From IMG/VR virus record IMGVR_UViG_3300031857_000139, positions 2,066 through 66,065 of that record: a stretch of 64,000 bases of DNA; one strand, 5' to 3'. Origin of the DNA: a virus. Taxonomy: Duplodnaviria; Caudoviricetes. The translations under genes were made by a program, and so were the position numbers. Position 1 is the stretch's first letter, and each line of letters starts with the position of its first letter. A model generated the notes under the pieces. It saw nothing but the letters and a program-made list of their open reading frames with translations, did not search any database and had not been told where the DNA came from. Shown in pieces: positions 1 through 9,763 of the stretch.

Positions 1-1
1 A

Positions 2-253
2 CAAATTACAACGGCTGCAGCTGGTATGTTCTTTGTACCTCCATCAACATTTGATTTAGATTTTCTTTTCAATGGCCAACGAAATGGTAATGTGACACGA
101 GTGGCTGAAAGTGTTATTGAAAGTATTGATGTAAACTATGCACCAAATGGTTGGGCTGCATATGATAATGGCGCACCAGTTCAGACAACACTAACGATGA
201 ACTTTAAAGAAATCGAACTCATTGACAAAGATAAGATTAAGGCAGGTTATTAA
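2..253 (+). CDS. gp48: Baseplate tail-tube cap gp48-like, C-terminal part (5' truncated by the window)
   Basis: Frame is open from base 2. Motif ..SIDVNYAPNG..NGAPVQTTLTMNFKEIE is typical of gp48/gp54 tube-fold proteins. Lies directly upstream of gp53. Confidence 0.7.
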   Translation, partial: QITTAAAGMFFVPPSTFDLDFLFNGQRNGNVTRVAESVIESIDVNYAPNGWAAYDNGAPVQTTLTMNFKEIELIDKDKIKAGY

Positions 254-852
254 TGCAATACTTTGATACATTACCTAAAATAATTCAAACCGATAATGTC
301 GGTATCTCTCGTGTATTTACTAATCTTTTAGCACGAGCCAGTATTATACCTGATGTATTAAAGAATCCTCTTGTTTATTACTCATATGATATACAAGAAG
401 GTGACACACCAGAAACGATTGCATACAAATATTATGGTGATTCATATCGGTATTGGATTGTTTTATTTGCCAATGAACTACTAGACCCACAATGGTCATG
501 GCCAATGGACTCTACAGTATTTGATGCTTACATGGCAGAAAAGTATCCGTCAGGTAATACAACAACCACAGTTTATAGTTACGAAAAGAAACTAACTCAA
601 ACAGATAATTCTACCAATACAATAACAATTAATACGATTGATGTAAATCAAACAGAATATAACAGCATTATTGAAAATACACAGACATATACAATTGGTA
701 ACTCTACTGTAACTGTTGCAACCACAAAAAGAATCGTTACTATCTATGATTATGAATTAGAATTAAACGAATCAAAAAGAAAAATTAACATACTCAATTC
801 AATCTACGTTGACCAATTAGAATCACAATTTAAATCATTGATGTCACAATAA
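253..852 (+). CDS. gp53: Baseplate wedge subunit gp53 (LysM-like)
   Basis: MQYFDTLP...YDIQEGDTPETIAYKYYGD..YWIVLFAN..DPQWSWP...YELELNESKRKI matches the gp53 signature. Confidence 0.9.
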   Translation: MQYFDTLPKIIQTDNVGISRVFTNLLARASIIPDVLKNPLVYYSYDIQEGDTPETIAYKYYGDSYRYWIVLFANELLDPQWSWPMDSTVFDAYMAEKYPSGNTTTTVYSYEKKLTQTDNSTNTITINTIDVNQTEYNSIIENTQTYTIGNSTVTVATTKRIVTIYDYELELNESKRKINILNSIYVDQLESQFKSLMSQ

Positions 853-853
853 T

Positions 854-2236
854 ATGGAAAATAATCAACAAGTTCCAGTAGTTGAATCTCCTGGTGCATA
901 TTACCCTCAAGACTTTTCGATACAGACACTCAATCTGTTGACCGCAAGTGGCCAACGGTTTGAGTTGAAAAAGTTATTGGTTGAAATGTCTTATTATGAG
1001 GACATTTATAGTTTTGCAGCTTCAGGATATATTACACTCGTAGATGCACAAGGATTCTTGGAGTTGTTTCAATTAAGTGGTAATGAATTTATTGAGGTCA
1101 ATTTTGGTAAAATACGGACTGGTTCAAACTCAACCGACCAGTTGTTTAGAGTATATAAGACAAGTGATAGAAAACCTAGTGGTAACATGAATAGTGAAGT
1201 TTTTACACTTTACTTTTGTTCTGAAGAATTATTGTTATCCGAACAAATCAAAATTAGTAAATCGTATTCTATGAAAATCTCTGAGATAGTCAAAGACATT
1301 CTTGTAGATAAATTAAAAGTTAAAGAAAAAAATACTAGAATAGAAGAAACAACAGGTATCTACAACTTTATAGTACCTCGTTTAAAACCATTTGAAGCTA
1401 TCAGCTGGATATCACAGTATGCCAGACCCAAACTAACTGGTACAGTTGGTGCTGATATGTTATTTTTTGAAACTAAAGATGGTTTTAATTTTAGGTCTTT
1501 GCAATCTATGTTTAAAGACCCAATCTATGGTACATATCGTTATCAGGCCAAAAACATTGAAGATACGATTCAAGATTTTCAAGAAAAAACAGTCACCGTG
1601 TTGGATTATGAATTTGCTAAAACCTATGATGCACTTAAAGATATTAATGCTGGTACATTTGCAAACAAGTTAATTACAATTGATACATTGACACGAACAT
1701 ATAAAACAACTGATTTTAATTATAAAGATTACTTTGAGAAAAAGAAAACATCTTCTCTTAATAAGAATGACGTATTGGTGCCATTAAAGAATCGTGTAGG
1801 TAAAACTCAAAATGAAGCGTATGAATCTAGAATTAAGGTTATGACTTCTAATGCAACACAAAATGATTTGGCATATGTTAAAGAAAGACCTGGTTCAGTT
1901 GCAAAAGATGTAGGCGTTGAGAATTATATACCACTTCGAACTGCACAACTTGGTCTAGCAAACTACACAGTAGTAAAGATTACAATACCTGGAGATCCTG
2001 GTATCACGGCTGGTCGAACAATTGATTTTAATTTACTAACATTAAAGCCATCAACAAGTAAAAAAGAGTTGGATAGATATTATTCGGGAACATACTTGAT
2101 AACAGCAGTAAGACATATTATTACATCTGGTGGTGCATATCAAACAGTTTTAGAAATTACAAAAGATAGTTCACCAACAGCATACTCACAAATTGACAAT
2201 AATAGTCCTGAGTTTAGAGAAGCAATCAATGGATAA
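854..2236 (+). CDS. Baseplate hub protein (gp27/GPD-like)
   Basis: Lies between gp53 and gp5. Motifs YYEDIYS..SGYITLVDA, FFETKDGFNFRSL, ITIPGDPGITAG and YSGTYLITAVRH are typical of contractile-tail hub proteins. Confidence 0.6.
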   Translation: MENNQQVPVVESPGAYYPQDFSIQTLNLLTASGQRFELKKLLVEMSYYEDIYSFAASGYITLVDAQGFLELFQLSGNEFIEVNFGKIRTGSNSTDQLFRVYKTSDRKPSGNMNSEVFTLYFCSEELLLSEQIKISKSYSMKISEIVKDILVDKLKVKEKNTRIEETTGIYNFIVPRLKPFEAISWISQYARPKLTGTVGADMLFFETKDGFNFRSLQSMFKDPIYGTYRYQAKNIEDTIQDFQEKTVTVLDYEFAKTYDALKDINAGTFANKLITIDTLTRTYKTTDFNYKDYFEKKKTSSLNKNDVLVPLKNRVGKTQNEAYESRIKVMTSNATQNDLAYVKERPGSVAKDVGVENYIPLRTAQLGLANYTVVKITIPGDPGITAGRTIDFNLLTLKPSTSKKELDRYYSGTYLITAVRHIITSGGAYQTVLEITKDSSPTAYSQIDNNSPEFREAING

Positions 2237-3155
2237 TTTTTTAGGTAAAGACGGATTCACATGGTGGTATGGTGTCGTTGAAGATACAAACGACCCATTA
2301 AAAGCTGGTCGTGTTCGTGTGCGTGTATTTGGTTGGCATACTGATAATCTACAAGAGTTACCAACTAAAGATTTACCATGGGCTCAACCAGGTTTATCAC
2401 CAAGTAATTCTAAATCATTTAGTCCACCAAGACTAGGTGATTATGTAATGGGTTTCTTCTCTGATGGTGAATCAGCACAGGCGCCAGTATTACTATCAGT
2501 ATTTCCTGGTTTTGAAGCATCATACGATAAATCAAAAGGTTTCTCACCACAGAGTTCATTAAAACCTGCCACACCACCGTCAGGTCAAATACAGTATCAA
2601 GTTGGTCAACCAACATTGGCACCATTGGCACGAGGTGTGGTTGCAAATACAGCCATCTCACAAGCAAACTCTAATCTGGCTCATGTGTGTGATATACCTG
2701 CCGGCATTAAGTTTGAGATTGCAAAACTAACAATATCAGTAAGTGGATTGATTAATACATTACGAACAACAATTGAAGGCCTATGGGCTTCTACAGCTTC
2801 TTCACCTTTTGCAGATGAGATTCGTAATGCCATCAAAACAATCAAAGCAAAAGTAAAACAAATACAAAAGTTTATTCGTGACCAATTAGAGCCATTAAAA
2901 GATATACAGGCATTTATACAATCACTACAAGAATTAATACAGTATATTGCCACATTACCTGCTCGTATTGCAAAGTTTTTAAGTGAATGTTTAAGTGCTG
3001 CTACACAAGGTATTTCTGATGCAATTAATGTTGGTAAAGATATTGCCAAAGAAGTTGAAGGTATACGACAAGACCAATTAGCGATTGCTCAAGATGCACA
3101 GTTAGTTATTGAAAATGAAATTGTACCAGCAGTGAATACTTTTGAGAGACCTTGA
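2229..3155 (+). CDS. gp5: Baseplate spike gp5, N-terminal OB-fold part with a helical C-terminal extension (no lysozyme domain seen)
   Basis: FTWWYGVVEDTNDPLKAGRVRVRVFGWH...LPWA...VMGFFSDGESAQAP is the gp5 OB-fold. Start moved to ATG 2229, overlapping the upstream gene end. Confidence 0.85.
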   Translation: MDNFLGKDGFTWWYGVVEDTNDPLKAGRVRVRVFGWHTDNLQELPTKDLPWAQPGLSPSNSKSFSPPRLGDYVMGFFSDGESAQAPVLLSVFPGFEASYDKSKGFSPQSSLKPATPPSGQIQYQVGQPTLAPLARGVVANTAISQANSNLAHVCDIPAGIKFEIAKLTISVSGLINTLRTTIEGLWASTASSPFADEIRNAIKTIKAKVKQIQKFIRDQLEPLKDIQAFIQSLQELIQYIATLPARIAKFLSECLSAATQGISDAINVGKDIAKEVEGIRQDQLAIAQDAQLVIENEIVPAVNTFERP

Positions 3156-3895
3156 TGACAATATACGCATGGACTGAACCTGAATCAGCAGCTAATACCG
3201 ATTATCAACCGATATATCCGTATAATACAATTCAGCAAACTGAAGGTGGTCATTCATTTGAGATGGATGATACACCAACTCGTGAACGGGTTCGACTACA
3301 ACACCGTTCTGGTTCGTTTATTGAGATGCATCCAAATGGTGATGAGGTACATAAGATTATTGGTAAAGGTTATGAAATCATTGCCTCAGATAAAAATGTA
3401 TTAATTAAAGGTGTCTGTAACATTACAATTGAAGGTGATTCTGTTTTGAATGTAAAAGGTGATGCCTATACACAGATTGATGGTGACGCTTACGAAAACA
3501 TTAAAGGTAGTGTTAAACAGGTCGTGCAAGGCGATTCACGCCTGATTGTAAATGGTGACATTGATATCGATTCATCTGGTGACATTAATCTTGGTGCCTC
3601 AACAGTCAATATCAATGCAGACTTAATGGTTCGTGGTGATATTGGTTGTTCACAGTCAATACAGGCTGATGGTAATATTACCGCTAAGATTTCATTGTCG
3701 GCCACCAAATCAGTTGAAACGATTGGTTATATGATTGCTGGTACTACGATTAATGCAGGTGTTTCTATGTTTGCACCAATGGTATCTGATATGTTTGGTT
3801 CAGTAGAAATGTTCCGCATGAAAGTCAATACTCATGTGCATATTGGTAATAGAGGTTTCCCAACTTCACCACCAACCAAACCAATGGAAATTTAA
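3155..3895 (+). CDS. gp5: Baseplate spike gp5, C-terminal beta-helix part with HxH tip
   Basis: YPYN..QTEGGHSFEMDDTPTRERVRLQHRSGSFIEMHPNG, followed by V/I-x-G-D/N beta-helix repeats and a terminal HVH..TSPP. TGATG coupling with the upstream ORF. Confidence 0.8.
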   Translation: MTIYAWTEPESAANTDYQPIYPYNTIQQTEGGHSFEMDDTPTRERVRLQHRSGSFIEMHPNGDEVHKIIGKGYEIIASDKNVLIKGVCNITIEGDSVLNVKGDAYTQIDGDAYENIKGSVKQVVQGDSRLIVNGDIDIDSSGDINLGASTVNINADLMVRGDIGCSQSIQADGNITAKISLSATKSVETIGYMIAGTTINAGVSMFAPMVSDMFGSVEMFRMKVNTHVHIGNRGFPTSPPTKPMEI

Positions 3896-3896
3896 G

Positions 3897-4685
3897 ATGA
3901 GTATATACGCTAGATTAGGTTTTAATTTTGATACTGCCAAATTTGATGGTGCAGATACTCTTTCACCTGGAGTTTTAAATTTCCTTGGAAATACATCAAT
4001 TAATTTATCTCAATGGCAAATTGATGATATCTCATCAAATACAGTTTACGGATATTTTCAAAATCCACATAACGATAATTTGGGAGTAATTTCTGTATTT
4101 GTAACCGGTATTGCTTCATATGCAAACACAATAAATTACAATTATAATAATACAGATTTGGCCAATACGATGGCCAATGTCGCTTTATCTACCTACAGTT
4201 CACTACAAAATTTTGCAAATCATACCAATAATCTTTCTGGTGTAACTGTTTCTACTGATGCAACTTTATATCCTGATTTAAATCTAGCTTTAGCTGTTGG
4301 TCGTCAAATGTTGAACATTACAAACAAGAGTGATGGTGTTCAAAATAACGTTCCTATTCTTGGTAATTTTACAAGTTTGTATATTGGTCCAGATTTGTCT
4401 GCACAGGCAAATGTTTTGGCCAATGATTATATTGTTTTAAGTAATTCTTTTTCTGGTGCAAATAGTAATGTTTCAAATGCCACAATGAATACAATCATTT
4501 TTGATATACAAACACTTCAGACATTAATTGATGATAGAAGAAATGGTGATATTACTTTTTACACCAATTCAAACGAAATAATGCAAGAATATTTTACTGT
4601 ATTACAATTCTCAAATCTTGGTGCTACACAAAACTCATTGATTGAGTTAATAGGCACAGATAAATTAAAAGAAGATTTATCATGA
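3897..4685 (+). CDS. Hypothetical Asn-rich protein, probably structural
   Basis: Tightly packed ORF starting at ATG 3897 right after the gp5C stop. No recognised motif. Confidence 0.55.
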   Translation: MSIYARLGFNFDTAKFDGADTLSPGVLNFLGNTSINLSQWQIDDISSNTVYGYFQNPHNDNLGVISVFVTGIASYANTINYNYNNTDLANTMANVALSTYSSLQNFANHTNNLSGVTVSTDATLYPDLNLALAVGRQMLNITNKSDGVQNNVPILGNFTSLYIGPDLSAQANVLANDYIVLSNSFSGANSNVSNATMNTIIFDIQTLQTLIDDRRNGDITFYTNSNEIMQEYFTVLQFSNLGATQNSLIELIGTDKLKEDLS

Positions 4686-5485
4686 GTTACACAATATCTG
4701 TTCCTGCCGAATCAATACAAAAAGCAAATCAATATAGTCCTACCATTGTTATAGTTAGTGGTGGTGTTAGTTTTGCTAATGGTGTTTCTTTAACATCATA
4801 CTACACACCATATCCTAGCGGTAGTAATAGTGGAGGAGGAAACGGCGCAACTGGTGCCACAGGCCCAACTGGACCAACAGGTCCGACAGGACCAGCAGGA
4901 CCGGCCGGCGGTGCTACTGGTTCAACCGGTCCATTAGGTGCAACTGGTTCCACAGGACCAACAGGACCTACAGGTCCTGCAGGTGGTGCCACAGGTATAC
5001 AAGGTGCAACAGGACCAACAGGCCCAACTGGACCTACAGGACCAACTGGTGCAACTGGAACACAATATACAACTGCATCAAATGTTCAATTAAATTCTTT
5101 GGGTATTGGCACACCTGCATCAGGCACAACTGGTGAGATTCGTGCAACAAATGAGGTGACTGCTTATTATTCTTCTGATGAACGACTTAAAGAAAACATT
5201 AAAGAAATTGGTGCAGCTCTTTACAAACTACGCAAAGTTCGTGGTGTTATGTTTGACTGGAAAGATGAAGTCATTGAAAAACGAGGTGGTGAAGATAAGT
5301 ATTTTGTTCGCAAACACGATACAGGCGTAATTGCACAAGAAATTGAACAGATATTACCTGAAGTGGTTGCAGTTAGAGAAGATGGATACAAAGCAGTTCG
5401 TTATGAAAAACTTGCAGGTATTATTATTCAAGCAATTAACGAATTAGCTGATGATGTAGAAGAAATAAAAAAAAGGTTGAAGTAA
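4682..5485 (+). CDS. Collagen-like fibre with C-terminal intramolecular chaperone (peptidase S74 type)
   Basis: G-x-T triplets at ~4844-5062. [11 protein letters not shown]...[15 protein letters not shown]...VRYEKL...AINEL is the S74 signature. Confidence 0.85.
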   Translation: MSYTISVPAESIQKANQYSPTIVIVSGGVSFANGVSLTSYYTPYPSGSNSGGGNGATGATGPTGPTGPTGPAGPAGGATGSTGPLGATGSTGPTGPTGPAGGATGIQGATGPTGPTGPTGPTGATGTQYTTASNVQLNSLGIGTPASGTTGEIRATNEVTAYYSSDERLKENIKEIGAALYKLRKVRGVMFDWKDEVIEKRGGEDKYFVRKHDTGVIAQEIEQILPEVVAVREDGYKAVRYEKLAGIIIQAINELADDVEEIKKRLK

Positions 5486-5486
5486 A

Positions 5487-6524
5487 ATGGCATTACCGGC
5501 AAATGGCGCAATACGGATGAGCGCTGATATTGGTGTTGAATTAGGTAATACAGCAACATCAATGATATCGATAGGTGCTACAGCACCACGAGCATTGGCT
5601 GGAGTACCTTCAGGTGCAATTCGTGTTGCTGCTGATTTTTATGGTAAATCAAGTTTGTTTTCTTTTACTATTTCAGCGAATCAACAAGAAGCCAATTTAA
5701 GAACATTGGCATTGGCTGCTGGATGGAACGGTATATCATCTGTTACTGCAACAGTTAATGCTGGTGTTTATATTTGGTCAGATAATACAAGCACAGCCGC
5801 ACTGACAATTAACGGTTCTTGGCCAGGTGGTATAACATTAATTAATAATGGATACATTATTGGAAAAGGTGGTTCAGGTGGAGTAGGAAGATACAACACT
5901 TCTGGCTCATCATTGTCTGGTAATGCAGGCGGCGCCGCAATCAGCTTAGGCGTCAACACCACAATCACAAATAATTCAGGCGCATTTATAGCTGGTGGTG
6001 GCGGTGGTGGTGCAGCTACAAGTTTTGGAGGCCAAGGTGGCGCAGGTGGTGGTGGAGCTGGAGGTGGTGCAGGTGGTAATCTAATAATTTTTGACGGTCG
6101 CACTACTGCTGGAGGATCAGGAGGTGGTTTAGGATCGTCAGGATCCAATGGAGCAGAAGGTCCAGGAGCAGTTGCCGGTTCAGGTGGAGGAGGTGGAAGA
6201 ATTCTTCCAGGAACAGGAGGAAATGGTGGTAGCACCTTTAGTGCTTTTGGTCGAGGTGGTGGATCAGGTGGCGGTGGTGCAGTTGGTGGTACATACTATG
6301 AATTCGGTAATGGTGGGGCTGGAGGAAGTGCAGGTTCAGTTGGTGGCAATGGTTCAGGTGCTTTAGAAGGTGGTTGTGCTGGTGGTGGCGGAGGTTGGGG
6401 TGCTAGTGGAGGAACTGGAACCATAGGTGGTGGTAGCGCAGGTTCAGGTGGACGAGCAATTACATTAAATGGATTTACAGCAACAAGAAGCGGTTCAGGT
6501 ACAACATATGGAGCGGTAAGTTAA
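5487..6524 (+). CDS. Glycine-rich receptor-binding adhesin, T-even gp38-like
   Basis: Follows an S74 fibre. Has LINNGYIIGKGG..GG, IAGGGGGG, repeated polyglycine runs separated by variable loops, and a terminal G..YGAVS. Confidence 0.7.
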   Translation: MALPANGAIRMSADIGVELGNTATSMISIGATAPRALAGVPSGAIRVAADFYGKSSLFSFTISANQQEANLRTLALAAGWNGISSVTATVNAGVYIWSDNTSTAALTINGSWPGGITLINNGYIIGKGGSGGVGRYNTSGSSLSGNAGGAAISLGVNTTITNNSGAFIAGGGGGGAATSFGGQGGAGGGGAGGGAGGNLIIFDGRTTAGGSGGGLGSSGSNGAEGPGAVAGSGGGGGRILPGTGGNGGSTFSAFGRGGGSGGGGAVGGTYYEFGNGGAGGSAGSVGGNGSGALEGGCAGGGGGWGASGGTGTIGGGSAGSGGRAITLNGFTATRSGSGTTYGAVS

Positions 6525-6790
6525 TGGAAAAATATGGCGTTTTTAATAATAACACAGGTGAGTATACTTTTGTAGAAACTAAAGAAGAAGCATTACAATT
6601 GTTTTGGTCAAATGTTGTAGAGGTTGCTCGCACACATTTTCATGGCACAGCTTATGTAACAATTAGACAAAATGAAGATAATACTGAAACATGGATAAAT
6701 GATTCTGATGAAGAAATTGAAAAACCTAAGACACCAGAAGAAATAGAAGCTTTAATCAAGAAAAAACCACCTGTTGAGGTATTACCATAA
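6524..6790 (+). CDS. Hypothetical protein
   Basis: TAATG-coupled ORF in the adhesin islet. Confidence 0.55.
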   Translation: MEKYGVFNNNTGEYTFVETKEEALQLFWSNVVEVARTHFHGTAYVTIRQNEDNTETWINDSDEEIEKPKTPEEIEALIKKKPPVEVLP

Positions 6791-7194
6791 TGTTGGGTCA
6801 TATGAACCACATGGGTTATTTTGGTAATGTTTGGGTTCGCCAAAATATATTAGAAAAAGTTGGTGATACTAATGGTGGTGGTCATAAACACAAGTTTGAC
6901 CATGTATCGTTATTGACACAAGGCAAACTAAAGGTAGAAATTGATGGTTATTCACCCAAAGAATTTACTGCGCCTACTTTCATTGTGGTGCGAAAAGAAC
7001 ATAATCACAAGTTTACAGCATTAGAAGATGATACAATCTGGTATTGTATTTTTGCGTTACGGGACTTGGATGGTGAACCAATAGAAGAATTGTTTGATCC
7101 AGAGAAACATGATCCTATGTGCCACATGGCGGTATCAAACGATTATTGGGAGCAAGCAGAAAAACTAGAAAACAGAACGGTTGATGAAAAATAG
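6790..7194 (+). CDS. Cupin-fold protein
   Basis: GHKHKFDH..LL..G.L.V (HxH..H) and ..EHNH.FTALED are cupin metal-binding motifs. Confidence 0.6.
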   Translation: MLGHMNHMGYFGNVWVRQNILEKVGDTNGGGHKHKFDHVSLLTQGKLKVEIDGYSPKEFTAPTFIVVRKEHNHKFTALEDDTIWYCIFALRDLDGEPIEELFDPEKHDPMCHMAVSNDYWEQAEKLENRTVDEK

Positions 7195-7267
7195 AAAATT
7201 CGATTTTTTTCATTCCGGCCCTAAATTTTTTTGACACGAATTCAAATACTAAAAAAGCGATTTTACT
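7195..7267. repeat. Dispersed intergenic A-tract element, copy 1
   Basis: Shares exact blocks CATTCCGGCC (7211-7220) and AAAAAAGCGATTTTACT (7251-7267) with 24267-24340. Confidence 0.85.
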
Positions 7268-7277
7268 CCTAGAGCAG

Positions 7278-7285
7278 AATAAATA
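7278..7285 (+). promoter_or_regulatory. T4-type late promoter-like motif (AATAAATA) upstream of gp25
   Basis: One mismatch to TATAAATA, intergenic. The TAAATA core recurs at many gene starts in this window. Confidence 0.6.
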
Positions 7286-7290
7286 AAGAA

Positions 7291-7686
7291 ATGGCACTAA
7301 CAATAACAAAAATATACTCCGACATCGACTTTACCTTTACCAAGAAACCGGTAACGGCAGATGTAGCACTCAGTTATGATGACCAAGCGGTCATTCGTTC
7401 TATCCGTAACCTATTGTTGACCAATCACTTTGAGAGACCTTTTAATCCAGATTTAGGTTCTAATCTCAATGCGTTACTGTTTGAATTGGTATCTCCACTT
7501 ACAGCTGCATCGTTGGAGAGAGAAATCAATACAATGATTGATAATTATGAGCCAAGAGCCAGAGTTAATGAAGTGATTGTTACACCTCTACCAGACAATA
7601 ATGCTTATAATGTCTATCTCAGTTTCTATATTGAGAATGCCACATTACCGACAACAGTAACCCTACTTTTAGAGAGAAATAGATAA
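7291..7686 (+). CDS. gp25: Baseplate wedge subunit gp25
   Basis: YSDIDF.F...AVIRSIRNLLLTNHFERPFNPDLGS..LLFE...NYEPRA. Confidence 0.93.
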   Translation: MALTITKIYSDIDFTFTKKPVTADVALSYDDQAVIRSIRNLLLTNHFERPFNPDLGSNLNALLFELVSPLTAASLEREINTMIDNYEPRARVNEVIVTPLPDNNAYNVYLSFYIENATLPTTVTLLLERNR

Positions 7687-7687
7687 A

Positions 7688-9763
7688 ATGGCAGGCGCAA
7701 ATTCTAATATCCAAATGACAGATTTGGATTTTAACACAATTAAGAACAACCTTAAAACATACTTACAATCACAAGATGTATTGAAAGATTATAATTATGA
7801 AGGTTCTGCTCTTTCTACTCTACTAGACATTCTTGCATACAATACACAATATAACGCCTACTATCTGAATATGGTGGGTAACGAGATGTTCTTGGATACT
7901 GCCATTCAGCGTGGTTCAGTTGTATCTCAAGCCAAGATGTTAAACTACACACCTCGGTCTGCCATTGCACCAACAGCAACCATTGATTTGATAGTCAATG
8001 GTGTAACTCAATCATCTTTGACATTACCAAAGTTTACATCTTTCATGTCAGAGGCTATTGAAGGTGTCAACTATAACTTTGTAACGGCAGATGCATATAC
8101 AGAGAATACTGTTGGTGGTGTAGTTACTTTCAATAACATCACCTTAAAACAAGGTCTGGCTACAACACTTAATTTTACCGTTGATTCAATTAACAATCCA
8201 TCATACACATTTGAAATACCTGATGAGAATGTTGATACATCAACTATTGTGGTTACTGTGCAACAATCATCTTCAAATGCAGCCAGTGATGTATATATTT
8301 TGGCAACCGATTTTCTTTCTGTAGGTGATGATTCAAAAGTATACTTCTTACAAGAAAGTTTGAATAACACTTACGAAATCTATTTTGGTGATGGTGTAAT
8401 TGGTAAACAATTGGTTGATGGAAATATTGTTAATGTTTCTTATGTTGTTACTTCAGGCACAGGCGCTGCTGACGCAAATAACTTTGTATTGATGGATACA
8501 ATTGTTGGTTATTCAAATACATCGGTAATTCCTGTAAGTGCTGCCACATCAGGTAATGAAAGAGAAACAATTGAATCAATCAAGTATCAGGCACCAAAAT
8601 CATATTCAGCACAAAATCGTGCAGTTAATAAGAATGATTACATTACTGCCATTCAGCAGAACAATTTAGGTATTCAATTTGATGCAGTCAATGTGTGGGG
8701 TGGTGAAGAAAATGATCCACCTGTCTATGGTCAAGTGTTTGTTTCGTTAAAACCAACTGGTGCATTTAGTTTAACACAGGTACAGAAACAACGAATTACC
8801 GAAGAAATTCTTAAACCAATCTCTGTGTTGACCGTGACACCTACAATTGTTGATCCTGATTATACATATATTCAACTCAATGTCAATGTAGTCTATGATC
8901 CAACCAAGACAACTCAGACATCTACTCAGTTGGCTGCAGGTATCAAATCAGCCATTCAAACATTTGGTAATGACACACTCAATACATTTAATTCAACATT
9001 CAATACCTATGACCTGTTGAATACGGTACAGAATTATAGTTCTGCCGTGGTGACGAGTGAGTTTGATTTGAAACTACAGAAGAAGTTTTTACCAAACTTA
9101 ACTACACCTACAACATATAAACTGTATTACAATTCTTCACTACAAGCAGGAAGATATTTGTCTGGCACAAGTAGTTCACCAGCATTACAGTTCAGAGATC
9201 CGACCAATCTAGCCAATATTATTGACGGTATCTACATCGAAGAAGTTCCATCATCTACCAATGGTGTTGAAAGTTTATCTGTTTTAAATCCAGGTTTTGG
9301 CTATCAATCACCACCAACAGTAACAATATTGGGTGACGGAACAGGTGCAACGGCAACAGCCGTTATCTCTGGTGGTACAATTAAGAGTATTACAGTAGAT
9401 ACACCAGGAAATGGTTACACGAGTGCATTGGCCACAATCACACCAGCTGATGGTGATACAACAGGTCAACTTGGTGCCGCCATTGTAAATCTTGAAGGTC
9501 GTTATGGTACACTCAGAAGTTACTACTACGATTCAAATAATGTAAAGAATATTTTCAATTCAAACATTGGTACAATTGACTATCAAGAAGGTATTATCAC
9601 ACTCAATTCATTTAGTCCAATTCAAGTAGACGATACCTTTGGTCAACTTGCAGTGACTACAACACCAACAACATCAATCGTTTCATCTACCTATAATCGA
9701 ATCATTACAATCGATCCATATGATGTAACAGCAATCACAGTTAATGTCACGGCCAGAACATGA
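7688..9763 (+). CDS. gp6: Baseplate wedge subunit gp6
   Basis: LDFNTIKNNLK.YL...DYNYEGSALSTLLDILAYNT.YNA, YEIYFGDGVIGK, SAQNRAV...DY, VWGGEENDPPVYG. Confidence 0.93.
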   Translation: MAGANSNIQMTDLDFNTIKNNLKTYLQSQDVLKDYNYEGSALSTLLDILAYNTQYNAYYLNMVGNEMFLDTAIQRGSVVSQAKMLNYTPRSAIAPTATIDLIVNGVTQSSLTLPKFTSFMSEAIEGVNYNFVTADAYTENTVGGVVTFNNITLKQGLATTLNFTVDSINNPSYTFEIPDENVDTSTIVVTVQQSSSNAASDVYILATDFLSVGDDSKVYFLQESLNNTYEIYFGDGVIGKQLVDGNIVNVSYVVTSGTGAADANNFVLMDTIVGYSNTSVIPVSAATSGNERETIESIKYQAPKSYSAQNRAVNKNDYITAIQQNNLGIQFDAVNVWGGEENDPPVYGQVFVSLKPTGAFSLTQVQKQRITEEILKPISVLTVTPTIVDPDYTYIQLNVNVVYDPTKTTQTSTQLAAGIKSAIQTFGNDTLNTFNSTFNTYDLLNTVQNYSSAVVTSEFDLKLQKKFLPNLTTPTTYKLYYNSSLQAGRYLSGTSSSPALQFRDPTNLANIIDGIYIEEVPSSTNGVESLSVLNPGFGYQSPPTVTILGDGTGATATAVISGGTIKSITVDTPGNGYTSALATITPADGDTTGQLGAAIVNLEGRYGTLRSYYYDSNNVKNIFNSNIGTIDYQEGIITLNSFSPIQVDDTFGQLAVTTTPTTSIVSSTYNRIITIDPYDVTAITVNVTART

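Noticed and set aside
4801-6235. Minus-strand Pro-rich ORFs (4801-4992, 5768-6235; similarly 37376-37930, 43351-43923, 51879-52070)
   Set aside because: These are antisense shadows of collagen and polyglycine codons, fully overlapping well-supported + strand genes.
7195-7267. tRNA or intrinsic terminator in the repeated intergenic element
   Set aside because: No cloverleaf or T-loop motif, and no strong GC stem followed by a U-tract. Kept only as an unexplained repeat.
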